This document shows, piece after piece, positions 1 to 9,037 of a stretch of 64,000 nt of DNA. Under the pieces are notes generated by a model. That model searched no databases and was not told the origin of the DNA. It saw only the letters and a list, made by a program, of their open reading frames with translations. Source of the DNA: Paratractidigestivibacter sp. GTDB taxonomy: Bacteria > Bacillota_I > Bacilli_A > Erysipelotrichales > Erysipelotrichaceae. The DNA lies in assembly GCA_963607765.1 (NCBI GenBank), contig CAVDDT010000034.1:440-64439 (forward strand), read 5' to 3'. Both the position numbers and the translations under genes were made by a program. The number at the start of each line of letters is the position of its first letter. The first letter of the stretch is position 1.

Positions 1-2
1 TT

Positions 3-137
3 CCAGAAGAAAGAGATAAGATGAAATTATTACTAAGTGATTTAAATCTTCCCTTTTATGATCCTTTTATGATTATCGAAAAGACAAAAGGTAGAATGGC
101 TGAAGATGATTATTGGATAGATATAAAGAGGATATAA
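3..137 (+). CDS. 3' end of an ORF cut by the window edge; function unknown (either a separate upstream gene or a displaced N-terminal part of the HipA-like gene that follows)
   Basis: Frame 3 is open from the first bases: ...LSDLNLPFYDPFMIIEKTKGRMAEDDYWIDIKRI, with TAA at 135-137. There is no start codon inside the window, so it is absent from the ORF track. Confidence 0.3.
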   Translation, partial: PEERDKMKLLLSDLNLPFYDPFMIIEKTKGRMAEDDYWIDIKRI

Positions 138-954
138 ATATGGTTGAACTTTTTAGTAAAGATGAATATACAAATGCTAGGCAATCATCAAAGGGCAATC
201 AACTGAAATGGGAAAATAATAATATTTGGTATAAAGCAGATTATGCAGGATATGAAGGTTTAGCTGAGTATATGGTTTCACATTTGCTTAGTCTTTCTTC
301 TTTGGATAAGAATGAATTTGTTTTGTATGATTTAGAAAGTATTTCTTATAATGACAATTCTTATAGAGGCTGTAGAAGCAATGGCTTTTTAAAAGAAGGC
401 GAAACACTTATTACTTTAGAGAGACTATTTAAGGAAAAATATGGAAAGAGTCTTTAACAAAGCGTTTTTAAGATACAAGGTGTTGATAAACGAATAGAGT
501 TTGTGGTAAATAGTGTAGTTAATATTACTAATTTGACTGATTTTAAAGATTATTTTTCAAAGATTATTACGATTGATGCACTTTTTTAAACGAAGATAGG
601 CACATGCACAATATTGCCGTAATAAGAAAAAGCAATGGCAGATATAAACTGTGTCCAATTTTTGATAATGGAGCTTGTCTAATGTCTGACATAACGTTTG
701 ATTATCCATTATCTAAGGATACATTTAAGTTAATTGATAAGGTTAAATCAAAGACTGTGGCGATAGATTTTAATGAACAATTAGAGGAATGTGAAAAACT
801 GTTTGGGAATAATGTTAAATTTAGTTGGAATAGAAATGATATAGTAAAACTTTTGAATAATGCTGATATCTATCCTGATGAAATAAAGAAACGTGTTTAT
901 GATGTTTTGATAGAACAAAAAAGAAAGTATAGTTATTTATTTACTGGTAAATAG
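113..954 (+). pseudogene. Disrupted HipA-like serine/threonine kinase (type II toxin family)
   Basis: Three collinear segments. Frame 2 runs 113-457 (..SSKGNQLKWENNNIWYKADYAGYEGLAEYM..) and ends at TAA 455-457. The same frame stays open 458-588 (..KIITIDALF*). Frame 1 then runs from about 577 (..FLNEDRHMHNIAV.., the HipA-type D-x-H-x-x-N catalytic loop) to 954. So there is one in-frame stop plus a 1-nt shift in the T6 run 582-587. SD agagga plus ATG at 140 could be the original start. Confidence 0.6.
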
Positions 955-955
955 A

Positions 956-987
956 AGAATAGTATGAACTATTCTAATTATTTTTTT
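956..987 (+). terminator. Rho-independent terminator
   Basis: Perfect 8-bp stem AGAATAGT (956-963) / ACTATTCT (968-975), followed by aattattttttt. Confidence 0.7.
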
Positions 988-1020
988 GTATTAGAATAGG
1001 TTATATATAAGGAGAAAATT

Positions 1021-2496
1021 ATGGCTTGTACAACAATTTTAGTAGGCAAGAAGGCATCATATGATGGTTCTTGTATTATTGCGCGTAATGATGATTCGGG
1101 CGCAGGAAATTATACTCCAAAAAAGTATGTGATTATTAATCCAAAGGATCAGCCAAGAAAATATACTACTTGTATTTCTCATCTAACAATTGATCTTGAA
1201 GATAATCCCTTAACTTATTCAGCTACCCCAAATGTTAATAGAGAACATGGAATTTGGTGTGCTGCTGGTGTTAATAGTTTAAATGTGGCAATGAGTGCAA
1301 CGGAGACTATTACGTCTAATCCTAGAGTGCTTGGAGCTGATCCTCTTGTGAATTATATAAAGGGTGATGGCAAGAAAAAGGACATTCCAGGTGGAATTGG
1401 TGAAGAGGATATTGTTCATATCATTTTGCCTTATATTAAAAGTGCCAGAGAAGGTGTTATTAGACTTGGCTCTATGCTTGAAAAATACGGCACTTATGAA
1501 ATGAATGGTATTGCTTTTGCGGATGAGAAAGAAATTTGGTGGTTAGAGACTGTTGGTGGACATCATTTCTTGGCTAAAAGAGTTGAAGATGATGAATATG
1601 TTGTGATGCCAAATCAATTTGGCATGGATGAGTATGACTTAGATGATGGCGTCGGCAAACAAGTTAAGCATATTTGTTCAAAGGATATGAAGGAATTTAT
1701 CAAAGATAATCATTTAGATTTAAGCAATGATGATTATTTCAATCCAAGATTAGCCTTTGGTTCTCATGATGATTCTGATCATATCTATAACACACCTAGA
1801 GCTTGGTATATGCTTAAGTACTTTAATCCAACTTTCTGTGATTGGGAAAGCGATTATAGGCCTGAGGATGATGATCTCCCATTTAGTATGGTTCCTGAAA
1901 GAAAGATTACTATCGAGGATGTTAAATATATTCTATCTAGCCATTTCCAAGGAACTCCATATGACCCATATTTAAGCTATGGTGATAAAAGCTTAGCTGG
2001 AAAGTACCGTAGTATTGGTGTAAATCGTACTGATGATTTAGAGATTATTCAATTAAGGCCTTATGGAAACAAGATGACAAGGCCAATTGAGTGGCAAGCT
2101 TTTGGTTCTAATGTGTTTAATGTTTGTATACCACAATATACATGTGTAGATAAAAGTCCTAGTTATTTAAATTGCACAACTGAGAATGTAGATACTAATA
2201 GTTTTTATTGGGTAAGTAGATTAATTGGTGCGATGGCTGATGCATCTTATAAAGACAGTTTAAATACCATTGAGAGGTATCAATTGGCTGGGGCATCTTT
2301 GGGCAATAAACTAATTAATGAATATGATAAGCAATTTAGTAAGCTAAAAAAGAAAGAGGATATTTCCAAGTTAGCTATTAAGGCTAATCAAAATATTTGT
2401 GATGAGTTTGAAAAGTTAAGTAAGGATACTTTGAATAAGGTTCTTAAGTCTTGCAGCAATAAGATGAAGAATGCTTTTTCTAGAAGTGATGCATAA
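1021..2496 (+). CDS. C69-family dipeptidase (dipeptidase A / PepD-like)
   Basis: N-terminus MACTTILVGKKASYDGS with Cys3 as the N-terminal nucleophile, typical of C69 peptidases. Length 491 aa. SD aaggag lies upstream. Confidence 0.85.
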   Translation: MACTTILVGKKASYDGSCIIARNDDSGAGNYTPKKYVIINPKDQPRKYTTCISHLTIDLEDNPLTYSATPNVNREHGIWCAAGVNSLNVAMSATETITSNPRVLGADPLVNYIKGDGKKKDIPGGIGEEDIVHIILPYIKSAREGVIRLGSMLEKYGTYEMNGIAFADEKEIWWLETVGGHHFLAKRVEDDEYVVMPNQFGMDEYDLDDGVGKQVKHICSKDMKEFIKDNHLDLSNDDYFNPRLAFGSHDDSDHIYNTPRAWYMLKYFNPTFCDWESDYRPEDDDLPFSMVPERKITIEDVKYILSSHFQGTPYDPYLSYGDKSLAGKYRSIGVNRTDDLEIIQLRPYGNKMTRPIEWQAFGSNVFNVCIPQYTCVDKSPSYLNCTTENVDTNSFYWVSRLIGAMADASYKDSLNTIERYQLAGASLGNKLINEYDKQFSKLKKKEDISKLAIKANQNICDEFEKLSKDTLNKVLKSCSNKMKNAFSRSDA

Positions 2497-2583
2497 ATTA
2501 AAACTTTCACGCAGTTTACACAATTGGATGGTACATTAATAACAGTAAAAGAAATAATTTTTTCATTAAAACCTTCCAAATGT

Positions 2584-2605
2584 AAAAAAGCCTAACGGCT
2601 TTTTT
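2584..2605. terminator. Hairpin terminator with A-run/T-run on both sides
   Basis: aaaaaagcc-taac-ggctttttt. Confidence 0.7.
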
Positions 2606-2648
2606 ACTTTACACAAATATATTAAAATGATTTCGGAGGATTATTCTT

Positions 2649-3524
2649 ATGAGTAAATATATTATTACATGTTGTTCAACCGTTGACTTGTCTGATGAAC
2701 TATTGAAGAAGAGAAATATACCTTATGTTAGTTTTACATTTACTGCAGATGGTAAAACATATAAAGATGATTATGGTAAATCTTATCCAATCGATAAGTT
2801 TTATAAAGATGTAAGCAATGGTATGCAGCCTATCACATCTCAAGTTAATGTTGATGATTATATTCAATTTTTTGAGCCTTATTTAAAAGATGGCTATGAT
2901 GTTCTTCATTTAACTTTATCAAGTGGCATTTCCGGTACTGTTAATAGTGCTAATGGTGCTGCGGCTATTTTGAACGATCAATATGAGGCCAAAGTTCATG
3001 TTGTTGATACTTTGTGTGCTAGCTCTGGCTATGGTTTAATTGTTACACTTGCGAAAAATAATTATGATGATGGCATGTCTCTTGAAGATAACATTGCTTG
3101 GATTAATGAAAATAAGACAAAGATTATTCACTGGTTCTTCTCTACGGATTTAAGTTCGTTTATTAGAGGTGGAAGAATTTCTAAGACTGCTGGTTTCTTT
3201 GCGGGAGCACTTCAAATTTGCCCATTAATGTGTGTATCTAAGGTTGGCAAGCTTGAGGTTCTTGAAAAAATCAGAACTAAGAAAAAAGCTATGAAGGCCG
3301 TGGTTGAAAAAATGTATGAGGAAGTTGGTCCTGAATATGATGGCCTTGTCTATATTTCTAATTCAGCTTGTAGAGAAGACGCTGAAACTCTTGCGGCTAT
3401 GATTGAGGATACTTTCAAGAATGTTAAGGAAGTTGAAATCTTTGATATTGGCACAGTAATTGGCACTCATACTGGTGTTGGTACCGTCGCAACGTTCTAT
3501 GTTGGCAAACAAAGGGCTGTCTAA
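2649..3524 (+). CDS. DegV-family fatty-acid-binding protein
   Basis: 291 aa. Has the DegV-like N-terminus (..IITCCSTVDL..), LSSGISGT and a C-terminal GTHTGVGT segment. SD ggagga. Confidence 0.8.
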   Translation: MSKYIITCCSTVDLSDELLKKRNIPYVSFTFTADGKTYKDDYGKSYPIDKFYKDVSNGMQPITSQVNVDDYIQFFEPYLKDGYDVLHLTLSSGISGTVNSANGAAAILNDQYEAKVHVVDTLCASSGYGLIVTLAKNNYDDGMSLEDNIAWINENKTKIIHWFFSTDLSSFIRGGRISKTAGFFAGALQICPLMCVSKVGKLEVLEKIRTKKKAMKAVVEKMYEEVGPEYDGLVYISNSACREDAETLAAMIEDTFKNVKEVEIFDIGTVIGTHTGVGTVATFYVGKQRAV

Positions 3525-3547
3525 AGAAAAAACTAATTGAATATTAT

Positions 3548-3577
3548 AAAGCATCTATCGAGTGGTAGATGCTTTTT
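3548..3577 (+). terminator. Rho-independent terminator after degV-like gene
   Basis: Stem GCATCTA (3551-3557) / TAGATGC (3566-3572) followed by ttttt. A second weaker hairpin (ggctacatttgtagcc) follows at about 3588-3603. Confidence 0.75.
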
Positions 3578-3817
3578 AAAAAGAAAAGGCTACATTTGTA
3601 GCCAATCTTTTGTTTATATTTTATAAAGGGGGGATATTCGTAAAGTCTTAATCACTTTACAATTTATATAGTAAATATCTAATGTGAACTCTTTATGTAG
3701 AAAATGTGAAAGTTTTGTGAGAATTAAAAATGATAATTTGCGCGAAAATGGTTTGATGACATTGTCTAACAATCTATTTAAGTGCTTTTTGTAAAGTTTG
3801 TGGTGTAAACTAATATT

Positions 3818-4921
3818 ATGAGTTTAACTGCAGGAATTATTGGACTGCCTAATGTAGGTAAGTCAACTTTATTTAACGCTATAACAAATTCAAGAGTTGA
3901 GGCAGCTAATTATCCTTTTGCGACTATTGAACCAAATGTCGGTGTAGTAGAAGTAAAGGATGAGAGATTAGTTAATTTAGCTAAAATATTTGAACCAGAA
4001 AGGACTATTTTCACAACTTTTGAATTTACTGATATCGCTGGTCTTGTTAAGGGTGCTAGTACTGGTGAAGGACTTGGAAATAAGTTTCTAGCTAATATTA
4101 GAGAAGTGGATGCGATTTGTCACGTTGTTAGATGTTTTGAAGATAATGATATTCAACATGTCTACAATCGTATTGATCCAGTTGATGATATTGAGATTAT
4201 CAACTATGAATTAATCATGGCTGATATGGCTACTTGTGAGAATAGAATTTCTAAGGTAGAAAAGAAGGCTTTGACTACTAAGGATAAGGAGTCAATGTTT
4301 GAATATAATATTCTAAAGAGAATCCACGAGGCTTTAGGTAAGTCAATGCTTGTAAGACAATTAGAGTTTAATGATGAGGAGAAAGCTTATATTAAACAAT
4401 TTTGTTTCTTAACTGCTAAGCCTGTTATTTATATCGGAAATATTAAGGAAGAAGAGATTAATGATCCTGATTCTAATCCTCATTTTGTTGCCTTAAAGGA
4501 ATATGCAGCTAAGGAAAATAGCGAAGTAGTTCCCATTAGTGCACATATCGAAGAAGAATTAAGCGATTTAAGTAAAGAAGATAAAGAGTCTTTCTTAAAT
4601 GATTTGGGTATTAATCATTCTGGATTAGATGAACTTATTTTAAAGGCTTATAAGACGCTAGGATTAAAGACTTTCTTTACTGTAGGAAAGGATGAATGTC
4701 GTGGTTGGACATTTACTGAAGGCATGAAGGCTCCAGATTGTGCTGGTGTCATCCATACAGATTTCAAGAGAGGTTTTATCAAGGCTGAGGTTTATGCTTA
4801 TGATGATATGATGGAATATAAGTCGGAGGCTAAGCTTAAGGAAGCTGGTAAGATTAGACAAGAGGGTAAAGAGTATCTTGTGAAAGATGGCGATGTTATC
4901 TTCTTTAAATTTAATGTATAA
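3818..4921 (+). CDS. ychF: Ribosome-binding ATPase YchF
   Basis: G1 GLPNVGKST, G3 DIAGLVKGAS, and the typical C-terminal ..GFIKAEV...KDGDVIFFKFNV. Length 367 aa. Confidence 0.95.
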   Translation: MSLTAGIIGLPNVGKSTLFNAITNSRVEAANYPFATIEPNVGVVEVKDERLVNLAKIFEPERTIFTTFEFTDIAGLVKGASTGEGLGNKFLANIREVDAICHVVRCFEDNDIQHVYNRIDPVDDIEIINYELIMADMATCENRISKVEKKALTTKDKESMFEYNILKRIHEALGKSMLVRQLEFNDEEKAYIKQFCFLTAKPVIYIGNIKEEEINDPDSNPHFVALKEYAAKENSEVVPISAHIEEELSDLSKEDKESFLNDLGINHSGLDELILKAYKTLGLKTFFTVGKDECRGWTFTEGMKAPDCAGVIHTDFKRGFIKAEVYAYDDMMEYKSEAKLKEAGKIRQEGKEYLVKDGDVIFFKFNV

Positions 4922-4923
4922 TT

Positions 4924-4944
4924 AAGGCCCGTTAGGGCTTTTTT
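4924..4944 (+). terminator. Weak hairpin plus T-run immediately before the tilS start
   Basis: aaGGCCC-gtta-GGGCtttttt. It ends 3 nt before the ATG at 4948. Confidence 0.5.
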
Positions 4945-4947
4945 ATT

Positions 4948-6126
4948 ATGGATAACAAGAAAAAAGTATTAGTCGCATGTTCGGGCGGGCCAGATTCAAT
5001 GGCTCTTTTAGACATGTATAAAGATAAGTATGATTGTAGTGTTGCTCATGTGAATTATCATCATCGTAATAGTGCCTTAAGAGATGAGAATATTGTTAGA
5101 GATTATTGCCTTAAATATAATATTCCTTTTTATAAGAAAGATTATGTTGAAAGTAAGGGCAATTTCCAAGAAAAGGCTAGAGAATTTAGATATGAATTTT
5201 TTAAAGAATTGTGCGATAAGCATAACTTAAGTTTTGTTTTGGTTGCCCATCATAAAGATGATTTAATTGAAACTTATCTTTTTCAAAAAAAGAGAAATAG
5301 TCATGTTTATTACTATGGCTTAAAGAGCAATGTGAATATTTATGGTGTCAATGTAAGAAGGCCTTTGCTTAGTAAGACAAAAAAGGATTTAGAGGAATAT
5401 TGTGTTAGTCATAATCTTGAATATGGAATTGATGAATCTAATTTGGGCGATGAATTTTCACGCAATAAGATAAGGCATAGTGTTATTGATAAGATGTCCA
5501 TAAAAGAAAAAAATAAGCTTGTCAGGGAAATTAGAGATGTTAATAGGAAGAATGATTTATTAAATAAAGAATGTAGAACTTTTATTAATAAAAGAACTAA
5601 GATTGATTTTGATGAATTTATTAAGTATCCTGATTTAAAAAGATTGATTAGAATGTTTGTGGGAATTAGCCTTTCAAGCAAACAGTCTGATGAGCTTATT
5701 AGGCAACTAAAGAGTACTAATAGTTTTGAGATACTAATTGAAGATCGATATTTGTGTAAGGAATATGGATATATAGAAGTTTATAAAAAAGAAGATGATT
5801 ACACTTATTCTTTTGATTCTATTTCTTGTTTTAAATGTAAATATTTTAAATTGTCTAAAAAAGGAAGCAGTAAAGAAGGCGTTACTTTAAGTGAAAATGA
5901 TTTTCCAATTACTATTAGAAATTTTAGAGATGGGGATTTTATTTTGATGAGATATGGGACGAAAAAAATTAGTCGTTTTTTTATCGATAATAAGATTTCT
6001 AGTAGGGAAAGAAAGGTGTGGCCAATTATGTTTAATAAAGATGGGAGTGCTATTTTAGTGCCAAAAATAGGCTGTAATAGACATCATTATTCTATTAAAC
6101 ACAACTTATATATGATAAAATCTTAA
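4948..6126 (+). CDS. tilS: tRNA(Ile)-lysidine synthase
   Basis: PP-loop motif VACSGGPDSMAL. Shows the conserved Firmicute tilS-hpt-ftsH order. Confidence 0.9.
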   Translation: MDNKKKVLVACSGGPDSMALLDMYKDKYDCSVAHVNYHHRNSALRDENIVRDYCLKYNIPFYKKDYVESKGNFQEKAREFRYEFFKELCDKHNLSFVLVAHHKDDLIETYLFQKKRNSHVYYYGLKSNVNIYGVNVRRPLLSKTKKDLEEYCVSHNLEYGIDESNLGDEFSRNKIRHSVIDKMSIKEKNKLVREIRDVNRKNDLLNKECRTFINKRTKIDFDEFIKYPDLKRLIRMFVGISLSSKQSDELIRQLKSTNSFEILIEDRYLCKEYGYIEVYKKEDDYTYSFDSISCFKCKYFKLSKKGSSKEGVTLSENDFPITIRNFRDGDFILMRYGTKKISRFFIDNKISSRERKVWPIMFNKDGSAILVPKIGCNRHHYSIKHNLYMIKS

Positions 6127-6149
6127 TATTAAGTGAAGGGTAAAAGTTT

Positions 6150-6683
6150 ATGCATAAGGATGTAGAAAAAATACTTGTTAGTGAAGAAGAAATCGAAAAT
6201 AGAAGTAGAGAACTAGCTAAAGAAATTAGCAACTATTATAAAGAAAAGAATTCAATTCCAGTAGTAGTTGGACTATTAAAGGGATCTGTTCCTTTTATGA
6301 TGAGCCTTGTGATGAAAATGGAATGTGATCTTGAAATAGATTTTATGGATGTTTCTAGTTATAGTGGAACAGCTTCCGTAGAAGTAAAAATCAATAAAGA
6401 TATCAATACTTCAGTTATTGATAGAGATATCTTGATTGTAGAGGACATTATTGATACTGGTAAAACTTTAGAGAAAGTTATCGAGTTATTCAAGCATAAA
6501 GGGGCTAAGGATATTAAGATTGCGACTTTGCTAGATAAGCCATCTAGAAGAGAAAAGGATATTAAGGGTGACTACATCGGCTTTGAAGTACCTGATGAGT
6601 TCGTTATTGGTTTTGGACTTGACTATAACCAAAAATACCGTAATCTTCCTTATGTTGGTGTTATTAAGAAAGAAGCTATATAG
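6150..6683 (+). CDS. hpt: Hypoxanthine-guanine phosphoribosyltransferase
   Basis: PRPP-binding loop ILIVEDIIDTGKTL. Length 177 aa. Synteny with tilS and ftsH. Confidence 0.92.
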   Translation: MHKDVEKILVSEEEIENRSRELAKEISNYYKEKNSIPVVVGLLKGSVPFMMSLVMKMECDLEIDFMDVSSYSGTASVEVKINKDINTSVIDRDILIVEDIIDTGKTLEKVIELFKHKGAKDIKIATLLDKPSRREKDIKGDYIGFEVPDEFVIGFGLDYNQKYRNLPYVGVIKKEAI

Positions 6684-6695
6684 TTGGAGGAATAG

Positions 6696-8711
6696 ATGAA
6701 TAAACAAAACAACAAAAAGCCAAATATAGGGTCTTATCTTCCCTATTTAATCGCTATTGCGTTCTTGGTGGCAATGTTTTTCACAAATCCATTGTCTACA
6801 AGCACAACGGTTGCGGTTGATTACACAGAATTAAATAAGATTTTAGAGACTAAGACAGTTACTGATGCAAGTTTAACCGTCGATGACAATATTGTTTCGG
6901 TTGCTGGTACTTATGAAGAAAACGGCGTTAAGAAGGCGTTTACTTCTGAGGTTGCGAAAACAGATCTTTCTGTTGATGAACTAATCAGTAAATTAAATGA
7001 GTCTAACGCGAATATCACAATTGAGGATGCAAATCAATCTAGTATTCTAATTACATTATTAAGTTCTATTTTACCGATTGTTATATTTGCGGCACTTGGC
7101 ATGCTTATGATTAGTAAAATGGGTGCTGCTAGCGGTAATAACAAGGCATTTGAATTTTCAAAGTCTCGTGCTAGAAAAGAAGATAACATTAAGGTTAGAT
7201 TTTCTGATGTAGCAGGCTGTGATGAAGAAAAAGAGGAAATGGCTGAAATCATCGAATATCTAAAGACACCTAAAAAGTTTGCAGCTATGGGTGCTAGAAT
7301 TCCAAAGGGTATTCTAATGGTGGGTTCTCCTGGTACTGGTAAGACATTGCTTGCTAAGGCTGTAGCTGGAGAAGCTAATGTTCCTTTCTATTCAATTTCT
7401 GGTTCAGATTTCGTTGAAATGTTTGTCGGCGTTGGTGCTAGTAGAGTTAGAGACATGTTTAAGCAAGCTAAAGCAACTGCTCCTTGTATGATTTTTATTG
7501 ATGAAATCGATGCGGTTGGTAGACAACGTGGAGCTGGTATGGGCGGCGGACATGATGAAAGAGAACAAACTCTTAACCAAATGTTAGTTGAAATGGATGG
7601 TATGTCTGATAATAGTGGTGTCGTGGTTATTGCCGCAACAAATAGACCAGATGTACTAGATCCTGCTTTATTAAGACCCGGTAGATTTGATAGACAAATT
7701 ACAGTTTCTTTACCTGACTTAAAGGGAAGAGAAGCTATCTTAAAAGTTCATGCACGTAATAAGAAGATTGCAGAAGATGTTGATCTTGAGGCTCTTGCTA
7801 GAAGAACTCCTGGTTTCTCTGGTGCTGATCTTGAAAATGTATTGAATGAAGCAGCTATTTTAACTGTTAGAGAAAAGAAGACAGTTATTGATACTCCTCA
7901 AATTGATGAGGCTATCGATAGAGTTATGATGGGTCCTGCTAAGAAGAGCAGAACTTATGATGAACATACTAAGAAGCTTGTTGCCTACCATGAGGCAGGA
8001 CATGCGATTGTTGGTTTAAATCTTCCAGATGGTGCTATTGTTCAAAAGGTTACAATTATTCCACGTGGTAATGCTGGCGGTTATAATTTGATTACTCCTA
8101 GAAAAGAAAAGATTTTAAATTCTAAGAAAGAATTAGTAGATACTATTACTTCTTATATGGGCGGTAGGGCTGCTGAAGAAATTTTCTTTGATGATATTAC
8201 TACTGGTGCTAGCAATGATATTCAACAAGCAACTCGTATTGCGAAGGATATGGTAACTACTTACGGTATGTCTGATTTAGGCCCAGTTCAATATAACAGT
8301 GGCAATTCTACAGTATTCCTTGGTAGAGACTATAACTCTCCTGCAAATGCTAGTAGCCAAGTTGCTTATGAGATTGATATTGAAGTTAGAAAGATTATTG
8401 ATTCTTGTCATGAGCTTGCTAAAAAGATTATCAATGAACATAAGGATGACTTGATTAAGATTGCAGAAGCTTTAATTGCTCAAGAAACTATTACTGCTGA
8501 AGAAATTACTGATGTCTTAAGTGGCAAATTAGTTGTAAAGGATGGAAAGCTTGTTAAGAGTGATAAAGGCGAGGATGTGAAAGTAGAAGAATCTAGCGAA
8601 GTGGTTGCTGAAGTAAATGAAGCTAGTGAAATATTAAGCACCCCTGCTCCTGCTAAGAAGCCTCGTAAGCCTAGAAAGCCAGCAGCTAAAAAGGAAAAGA
8701 AAGATGAATGA
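6696..8711 (+). CDS. ftsH: ATP-dependent zinc metalloprotease FtsH
   Basis: Two N-terminal TM segments, Walker A GSPGTGKT, Walker B IFIDEID, zinc site HEAGHA, and a Lys-rich C-terminal tail. Confidence 0.97.
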   Translation: MNKQNNKKPNIGSYLPYLIAIAFLVAMFFTNPLSTSTTVAVDYTELNKILETKTVTDASLTVDDNIVSVAGTYEENGVKKAFTSEVAKTDLSVDELISKLNESNANITIEDANQSSILITLLSSILPIVIFAALGMLMISKMGAASGNNKAFEFSKSRARKEDNIKVRFSDVAGCDEEKEEMAEIIEYLKTPKKFAAMGARIPKGILMVGSPGTGKTLLAKAVAGEANVPFYSISGSDFVEMFVGVGASRVRDMFKQAKATAPCMIFIDEIDAVGRQRGAGMGGGHDEREQTLNQMLVEMDGMSDNSGVVVIAATNRPDVLDPALLRPGRFDRQITVSLPDLKGREAILKVHARNKKIAEDVDLEALARRTPGFSGADLENVLNEAAILTVREKKTVIDTPQIDEAIDRVMMGPAKKSRTYDEHTKKLVAYHEAGHAIVGLNLPDGAIVQKVTIIPRGNAGGYNLITPRKEKILNSKKELVDTITSYMGGRAAEEIFFDDITTGASNDIQQATRIAKDMVTTYGMSDLGPVQYNSGNSTVFLGRDYNSPANASSQVAYEIDIEVRKIIDSCHELAKKIINEHKDDLIKIAEALIAQETITAEEITDVLSGKLVVKDGKLVKSDKGEDVKVEESSEVVAEVNEASEILSTPAPAKKPRKPRKPAAKKEKKDE

Positions 8712-8967
8712 GGTTGATACTCTGCTCAAGCAGATTGATTATTTGCTTAAGCACAAAGTAAAGTACAACTCTTATGAATTTCTATGTTTCTACAACAACA
8801 TGGAAGATTATCTAAAGAAGACTTATGGCAAGGATTCTAATGAATATCAAAAGTTTAAGTCAATTAAGTTTGCAAGTGACCTATACGTTGTAGAAGATGA
8901 GTTTACAATGTATGATTGTAAGGCTTGTGAAAGTGGCTTGCTTGAAGCTAAAAAATTATTAAAGTAA
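8704..8967 (+). CDS. Hypothetical small protein (87 aa)
   Basis: ORF overlaps the ftsH stop by 8 nt, with aaggaaaag upstream. A terminator follows directly. No recognisable motif. Confidence 0.4.
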   Translation: MNEVDTLLKQIDYLLKHKVKYNSYEFLCFYNNMEDYLKKTYGKDSNEYQKFKSIKFASDLYVVEDEFTMYDCKACESGLLEAKKLLK

Positions 8968-8990
8968 AAAGACTGAATTTCAGTCTTTTT
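8968..8990 (+). terminator. Rho-independent terminator
   Basis: aaagactgaa/ttcagtcttt hairpin followed by a T-run. Confidence 0.8.
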
Positions 8991-9037
8991 ATGTAGGAAT
9001 TTGTAAAATATAAAGTAATAATATATTAGGAGGTGCC

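Noticed and set aside
1757-1975. 72-aa ORF in an alternative frame inside the C69 dipeptidase gene. The same applies to similar shadow ORFs at 11229-11453, 23987-24205, 29946-30161, 52174-52395 and 52405-52707.
   Set aside because: They lie entirely inside well-supported genes on the same strand. The sequences are hydrophobic and low-complexity, as is typical of off-frame translation of AT-rich DNA. There are no SDs and no motifs.
2388-2579. Antisense ORFs from the six-frame track: 2388-2579, 3363-3554, 4664-4861, 5409-5681, 7034-7252, 8847-9071, 11680-11874, 13362-13610, 13691-13888, 19510-19836, 23280-23546, 24769-24981, 25308-25709, 26164-26379, 28685-28879, 29996-30453, 31234-31440, 34159-34428, 36201-36404, 42467-42658, 43156-43377, 43504-43686, 45585-45965, 49300-49536, 51640-51855, 52347-52667, 53184-53429 and 62750-63016.
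   Set aside because: All are antisense to genes with clear family motifs. They lack SDs and promoters and have Ser/Leu/Ile/Phe-rich compositions expected from reverse-frame reading. There is no independent support.
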